Positions 26,092 to 32,000 of a DNA stretch of 32,000 nt are shown piece after piece. The translations under genes and the position numbers were made by a program. The stretch comes from Nitrosococcus oceani ATCC 19707 (GTDB lineage Bacteria > Pseudomonadota > Gammaproteobacteria > Nitrosococcales > Nitrosococcaceae), in contig NC_007484.1 of NCBI RefSeq assembly GCF_000012805.1, positions 630,001 to 662,000 of the forward strand, written 5' to 3'. The notes under the pieces were generated by a model, which searched no databases, had not been told where the DNA came from, and saw only the letters and a program-made list of their open reading frames with translations. Positions within the stretch are counted from its first letter, which is position 1. The number at the start of each line of letters is the position of its first letter.

Positions 26092-26741
26092 GATTCTTAA
26101 TTGCTATCGCTATTGCCGGGCTGGTCAATCTGGGATTGTTTTTGCTTATGTCGTTTATGGCGGCCGGGCAGCAACGGGGTCCGGAAGGGATCGAAACAGC
26201 AACCATGGTGGATTTTGTGCGCTTAAAGCGCGAGTCGGCGCCCCCCGAACCTAAGGAGCGCCAACTGCCTAAAAAGCCCCCGCCACCAGAAGAACCCCCA
26301 TCCATGATGATGCCTCGGCCTCAAGCGCCTCAGCCTAAGCCGTCGGCTTTAGCCAAGGTAACTCCCCATATTGAACTTCCTCTTAGTCTTAAGAGCGATG
26401 GCCCCTATTTAGGGGACTATGGACAAACGCCGGGAACGTCTTTAGGGTCCGGCATCGTGCCAGCGGGCGAGGGCGATCTGCTTCCTCTGGTAAGGATTTC
26501 TCCTCAATACCCACGGCGTGCGGCTCGCCGCGGCCTGGAGGGATCAGTCACCGTTGCGTTTATTATTACGAAGGAGGGCTCGGTCCGGGATCCGAAGGTG
26601 ATTGAATCCCATCCCTCAGGTATTTTTGAGCAGGCTGCCCTGCAGGCCATTAAGCGCTGGAAGTTCAAGCCTAAACAGATAGAGGGACAATTGGTAGAGC
26701 AACGAGCCACGCAGGAAATTGAGTTTAACCTGGCAAGATGA
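26088..26741 (+). CDS. tonB: TonB-family energy transducer
   Basis: 217-aa ORF with an N-terminal anchor, a Pro-rich spacer (PKKPPPPEEPPSMMMPRPQAPQPKP), and a C-terminal TonB domain (PQYPRRAARRGLEGSVTVAFIITKEGSV...ALQAIKRWKFKP). The GTG start overlaps the exbD TGA (GTGA). Confidence 0.85.
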   Translation: MRFLIAIAIAGLVNLGLFLLMSFMAAGQQRGPEGIETATMVDFVRLKRESAPPEPKERQLPKKPPPPEEPPSMMMPRPQAPQPKPSALAKVTPHIELPLSLKSDGPYLGDYGQTPGTSLGSGIVPAGEGDLLPLVRISPQYPRRAARRGLEGSVTVAFIITKEGSVRDPKVIESHPSGIFEQAALQAIKRWKFKPKQIEGQLVEQRATQEIEFNLAR

Positions 26742-28042
26742 GGGAGTTGCAAAGCGTGGAAGGTTTTTTTCAGTGCTTAAGAGGGCACGGCCGTACGCTT
26801 GTGGGAATATGGGCTAGGCGGTTACCGCTTTTTATGCTAGCAAAGGTATTGCTCTTAGGGGGAGGATTATTGGTGAATGCCCAAGCGGCTGAGCAGTACC
26901 TTCTGACCCCTTCTACCTATGAATCCCTGAGCGCTGTCCATAAGCTCATGGACAAGCAGCAGTATACATCTGCCCTTAAACAACTCACCGCACTACAAGA
27001 CGAGGTGAATGGTAAGGCTTACGAGCAGGCGGTTGTGCTCCAAACCCTCGGCTATGTGTATTCTTCTTTAGAAAAATATCCCAAGGCGATCCAGGCATTT
27101 AAAGCTAGCCTAGCCCTAGATGCGCTGCCTGCCCGGGTCACTCATGATTTGCGTTATGGTCTGGCGCAGCTTTACATGGCTACGGAGCAGTATGGAAAAG
27201 CTCTCCAGTTGCTAGAGGCATGGTTTAAGGCTGCGGAATCTCCCCCGGCGGAAGCCCATGTATTGGCTGCTAGTGCCTACTACCATCTGAAGCGGTATGC
27301 CGAAGTCATTCCTCATATTGAGGTAGCCATTGAGCTTGCCCAAGCGCCGCAAGAGGAGTGGTATCAACTGCACCTTGCCGCCCGTTTAGAGTTGAAGCAA
27401 TATTCCCAGGCGGCCCAAATATTAGAAACCTTGATAGGCCACTTCCCTAACAAGGAGCAGTATTGGAAGCAGCTGGGAGCGGTGTACATGGAGATGAATA
27501 AAGAGCATCGGGCCTTAGCCGTGGAAGCGCTAGTAGCACATATGGAGCCTCTTGATAGTAAAAGCCTCATTCACCTTGCTAATCTTTATCGTTACCTCCA
27601 TATTCCCTATAAAGCCGCGCAAGTTTTGCAGCAGGGTTTAAGGGATGAAACTATTCAAACAAGCAGCAAGCATTGGGAATTTCTTGCCGATGCCTGGCTC
27701 GCCGCCCGGGAATGGGAACGCGCCGCTGCTGCTTTTAAGGAGGCAGGGCGGTTGAGGCAGGATGGCAAAATGGCCCTTCGCCGCGGTCAGGTTCTCATCG
27801 AGCTGCAAGACTGGAAGCAAGCAGAGAAAGCCTTTGCGCAAAGTTTGCGCAAAGGGGGACTGGATGATCCTGGGCAAGCCCGTTTTTTCTTGAGTCAGGC
27901 GAGATATGAGCAGGGGCACTTTGCAGAAGCTATTCAGGCGTTAAAGTTAATTCAGGCTTCCTCAGCTTATAGCAAACAGGCCGCCCAATGGTTAAAGCAT
28001 TTACAGGTAGTCCGGAAGCAGGGAGCTGACGGCAAAGGTTAA
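26738..28042 (+). CDS. TPR-repeat protein (TtpD-like terminal gene of TonB2-type systems)
   Basis: 434-aa ORF with a signal or anchor segment followed by multiple TPR-like helical pairs. Its ATG overlaps the tonB stop (ATGA). Confidence 0.7.
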   Translation: MRELQSVEGFFQCLRGHGRTLVGIWARRLPLFMLAKVLLLGGGLLVNAQAAEQYLLTPSTYESLSAVHKLMDKQQYTSALKQLTALQDEVNGKAYEQAVVLQTLGYVYSSLEKYPKAIQAFKASLALDALPARVTHDLRYGLAQLYMATEQYGKALQLLEAWFKAAESPPAEAHVLAASAYYHLKRYAEVIPHIEVAIELAQAPQEEWYQLHLAARLELKQYSQAAQILETLIGHFPNKEQYWKQLGAVYMEMNKEHRALAVEALVAHMEPLDSKSLIHLANLYRYLHIPYKAAQVLQQGLRDETIQTSSKHWEFLADAWLAAREWERAAAAFKEAGRLRQDGKMALRRGQVLIELQDWKQAEKAFAQSLRKGGLDDPGQARFFLSQARYEQGHFAEAIQALKLIQASSAYSKQAAQWLKHLQVVRKQGADGKG

Positions 28043-28316
28043 GTTATTCTCTTTGCTTGGAAACTTATTCCTTGTTCCCTTAACTTCGTGAATGCTTTAG
28101 GGAAAAGGTTTATGGGCTAAGAGGGCTTGCTTTCTGCCAGAATTTTGCTTATATATTGATTTAAGGGAATTAAAAATAATATGACGGGGAGTCATGAAAT
28201 TTTTCCTGCCCTAGAGGGCGGAGATCATTTTTACGTTGGGTCGCAGGAAGCTCATGCCAGTTTGGATTTGCAGGAAGTGCTTCTAGCTGATGTAAATATC
28301 AAAGGAGAAAAAATTT

Positions 28317-28448
28317 ATGAAACTAACGAGCCGTTGCCTGCTATTGCTATGTACCCTGGCCTTTATGCTGGGAGTAGCGGGATGCGATCTGCCAAAGTCA
28401 GATATGGCGCCAGATGAAACAACTTTTTTGGAGCAGCTTAACCGTTAG
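28317..28448 (+). CDS. 43-aa predicted lipoprotein (small ORF below the track cut-off)
   Basis: AGGAGA lies 8 nt upstream of ATG 28317. Translation: MKLTSRCLLLLCTLAFMLGVAGCDLPKSDMAPDETTFLEQLNR*. It has a basic n-region, a hydrophobic core and the lipobox VAG-C. Confidence 0.5.
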   Translation: MKLTSRCLLLLCTLAFMLGVAGCDLPKSDMAPDETTFLEQLNR

Positions 28449-28633
28449 GATGTTACCAAATAGCGCGTAAAGGATCGCCCAATGGGGGCGGTGATATAAG
28501 CGCCTTGCAGAGCTATGGGCATCATCGTAAAATCCATTTTAAACTGCCGGACGGGCGGGGTTAGCCTGTGGAGCGACCGGAACGGGGGCAGCGGCCAGCG
28601 CCGATGTCTAGGGAAGGCGCGTTGAAGCAGGAA

Positions 28634-28675
28634 GGTTCCTGGGGCGACCCAAGAACCTCCGCCCATCGGGCGGAG
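28634..28675 (+). other. two adjacent GC-rich stem-loops, the first GNRA-capped
   Basis: GGTTCCTGGG-GCGA-CCCAAGAACC pairs at 9 of 10 positions with a GCGA loop. It is followed by CTCCGCCC-ATC-GGGCGGAG (8 bp). Both were read directly. Confidence 0.45.
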
Positions 28676-28713
28676 AGTGTCAGCTCTCTTAGGAGAACTT
28701 TCTTAAGCTAACA

Positions 28714-28757
28714 GGGAGTCTAGAATTTCAAACTAGGCTCCCTCTCTTTACGATTTT
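28714..28757 (+). terminator. rho-independent-terminator-like element on the plus strand
   Basis: GGGAGTCTAG-AATTTCAAA-CTAGGCTCCC forms 10 bp including one G-U, followed by TCTCTTTACGATTTT. The minus-strand reading lacks a U-tail. Confidence 0.45.
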
Positions 28758-28834
28758 CCACGGGGCCATCCCCCCTACTCCTTACAAAAGTACCTCGCGG
28801 CAGCCTATGCTAAGGGCCGTTTTTAAAACGGCTT

Positions 28835-30193
28835 CTAAGGTTTATCCAGAATTTCTGTTACTTCACCACGAATATGACCCTCTGCAAGTCTGGCCTCGAT
28901 TTTTGCTCCAGGTTGTACTTGGCTGGCTTTACGTAGCACGATTCCCTTGGGTCCGGTAACAATGGCATACCCCCTCTCCAAGGTTGCTTGGGGGCTGACC
29001 GCATGGAGGGCCCGCTGGACCATCTCAAGCCGCATCTGCTGCTGCCCCAGGCGCTGTTGCTGGCAAGTAGGGAGACGCCGGTTAAGTTCCCTTAAGCGCA
29101 AGTGGTAGGCTTTTAAATGCTGTGCTGGATTTAATCTTTGTAACTGGATCGACAGCCCGCCTAGCTGATGGAACCGCTCTCTGTTCAGGTGAGTCCAGGC
29201 CCGCTCGAGGCGTTGCTCTAACTCATCAACCTGCTGGATTCCTTCTTGTAGCCGGATATGGGGGTGACGGAGACGTTTGGTTAGGTTTTCCAGCAACTGC
29301 CGCCGGTGGCGCAAATGCTGCTGAAATAGAAGCTTTAACCGTTGTTCAAGGTTTAGGAAATTTCGATACCATTCACGGCTATCAGGAACCGCCATTTCGG
29401 CTGCTGCCGAGGGCGTAGGCGCCCGTTGATCGGCAGTAAAATCGGCGATGGTGAAGTCTATTTCATGACCGACACCACAGATAATCGGGAGAGGGCAATG
29501 GTAGATGACGCGGGCTAGCGCTTCTTCGTTAAAGGCCCAGAGATCTTCTAGGGAACCTCCGCCCCGGGCCAGGATTAGCAGATCGCAAGCGCGGTGTTGT
29601 TCAGCCTTGGCAATTGCCGCGGCAATTCTTTGGAAGGCTCCTTCCCCCTGGACGGGGGTGGGGTAAATAAGTACTGGAACAGCAGGAAAACGCCGTTTAA
29701 GGACGCTGAGAATATCCCGGATAGCAGCCCCCGAGGGTGAAGTAATAATTCCAATCCGCTGCGGCAAGATAGGCAGGGAGCGTTTATGGGCCGCAGCGAA
29801 TAGCCCCTCAGCGGAGAGGCGTTGCTTGAGTGCTTCAAAGGCCCGGCGTAAAGCCCCATCTCCCGCTTCCTCCAGGTATTCGACGATTAATTGGAACTCG
29901 CCCCGGGCTTCGTAGAGTCCTACTTGGACCCGGGCTAGGACTTGCGTTCCCTCCTCAAGGGAAAACCCCAATAAACGGTTACGGTTACGGAACATGGCGC
30001 AGCGTATCTGCGCTATTTTATCCTTAAGCGTAAAGTAGAAATGCCCGGAAGAAGGGCGCGATAAATTGGATATTTCCCCTTCGATCCAGAGCAGGGGAAA
30101 ACTGCCTTCCAGGATGTGGCGAGCTTCGCGTGTTAAGCGTGATATGGTGTAGATTTCCCGGGTGGGATTTAGATTGTGGGAGGGGCTTTCCAT
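28835..30193 (-). CDS. xseA: exodeoxyribonuclease VII large subunit
   Basis: Track ORF 28835..30208 starts with GTG, and ATG 30193 (MESPSHNL...) is an alternative. It has the OB-fold N-terminus (IYTISRLTREARHILEGSFPLLWIEGEISN..SGHFYFTLKD), a catalytic core and a C-terminal coiled coil. Confidence 0.88.
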   Translation of the reverse strand: MESPSHNLNPTREIYTISRLTREARHILEGSFPLLWIEGEISNLSRPSSGHFYFTLKDKIAQIRCAMFRNRNRLLGFSLEEGTQVLARVQVGLYEARGEFQLIVEYLEEAGDGALRRAFEALKQRLSAEGLFAAAHKRSLPILPQRIGIITSPSGAAIRDILSVLKRRFPAVPVLIYPTPVQGEGAFQRIAAAIAKAEQHRACDLLILARGGGSLEDLWAFNEEALARVIYHCPLPIICGVGHEIDFTIADFTADQRAPTPSAAAEMAVPDSREWYRNFLNLEQRLKLLFQQHLRHRRQLLENLTKRLRHPHIRLQEGIQQVDELEQRLERAWTHLNRERFHQLGGLSIQLQRLNPAQHLKAYHLRLRELNRRLPTCQQQRLGQQQMRLEMVQRALHAVSPQATLERGYAIVTGPKGIVLRKASQVQPGAKIEARLAEGHIRGEVTEILDKP

Positions 30194-30232
30194 ACTTTTA
30201 TAATACACTGTGCATTTGTGGATGAAAATTCG

Positions 30233-31740
<1,508 letters not shown>

Positions 31741-31741
31741 G

Positions 31742-32000
31742 ATGAGCGATCTTTACGCCCACCGTATCCTGATTCTTGATTTTGGTTCCCAGTATACCCA
31801 GCTGATTGCCCGCCGGGTCCGGGAAGCAGGAGTCTACTGCGAAATCCACCCCTATGATATGGCCGAGTCGACCCTGCGGGATTTTGCCCCACGGGGTATT
31901 ATCCTTTCCGGCGGACCAGCTTCTACGGTAGGGGAAACCGCGCCCCGACTCTCCCCACTGATTTTTGAGTTGGGCGTGCCGTTGCTGGGCATTTGCTATG
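31742..32000 (+). CDS. guaA: GMP synthase (glutamine-hydrolysing), N-terminal part only (runs off the window end)
   Basis: Hand translation: [40 protein letters not shown]...[10 protein letters not shown]...GVPLLGICY. This is the GATase-1 domain up to the catalytic Cys. It starts 1 nt after the guaB stop. Confidence 0.9.
   Translation, partial: MSDLYAHRILILDFGSQYTQLIARRVREAGVYCEIHPYDMAESTLRDFAPRGIILSGGPASTVGETAPRLSPLIFELGVPLLGICY

Noticed and set aside
28181-28417. 78-aa ORF from the track
   Set aside because: It has no SD and no recognisable features, and it overlaps a much better small lipoprotein ORF in another frame. It is kept only as the alternative hypothesis in the corresponding finding.
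28445-28666. 73-aa minus-strand ORF, and known housekeeping RNAs (RNase P, tmRNA, SRP/4.5S, 6S) as explanations for the structured spacer
   Set aside because: The ORF product is Arg/Pro/Trp-rich with no SD. By eye I could not find GGAAAGUCCGG (RNase P P4), a tmRNA tag frame or its 3' tRNA-like end, or the GGUCCGGAAGGAAGCAGCC SRP motif on either strand. This should still be confirmed with Infernal.

Overview
This window reads as ordinary gammaproteobacterial chromosome; I cannot assign a taxon from sequence alone. I see no rRNA, tRNA, CRISPR array, transposase or integrase.

Left end (1-6.5 kb, minus strand): a co-directional organoarsenical, arsenosugar-type cluster. In order of transcription it holds radical-SAM ArsS, a DedA/TVP38 membrane domain fused to a class-I pyridine-nucleotide-disulfide oxidoreductase, a GT2-type glycosyltransferase, a DUF2064-type glycosyltransferase, ArsM and ArsC. 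Two decayed accessory genes sit inside it: a DUF547-like stub and a peroxiredoxin-like remnant.

6.5-7.7 kb: about 1.2 kb of apparently decayed coding sequence.

7.7-22.7 kb, mostly housekeeping or scattered genes:
- Zn-alcohol dehydrogenase
- 3-mercaptopyruvate-type sulfurtransferase
- PP-lambda-type phosphatase
- CDF metal exporter
- orphan CsgG-like lipoprotein
- Sel1-repeat lipoprotein with a striking Trp/Tyr/Arg tail
- orphan TRAP binding protein
- uvrD and hemL
- an EmrE-like SMR pump directly behind an MscS-family channel with an Ig-like plus coiled-coil ectodomain
- thioredoxin-TPR protein, thiE, and a 54-aa rubredoxin missed by the ORF track

22.9-28.0 kb (plus strand): a tightly coupled six-gene TonB2-type module: DUF3450/TtpB-like, long TtpC-like MotA/ExbB protein, ExbB, ExbD, TonB, TPR/TtpD-like. 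No receptor gene is in view.

Right end: a hidden 43-aa lipoprotein ORF, then a 385-bp convergent spacer rich in stem-loops (candidate sRNA or long 3' UTR), then xseA and guaB-guaA.

The items I most want re-examined are the arsenosugar-type cluster with its uncharacterised membrane-anchored oxidoreductase, the structured spacer at 28.45-28.83 kb, the TonB2-type module, and the unusual ectodomain and tail architectures.
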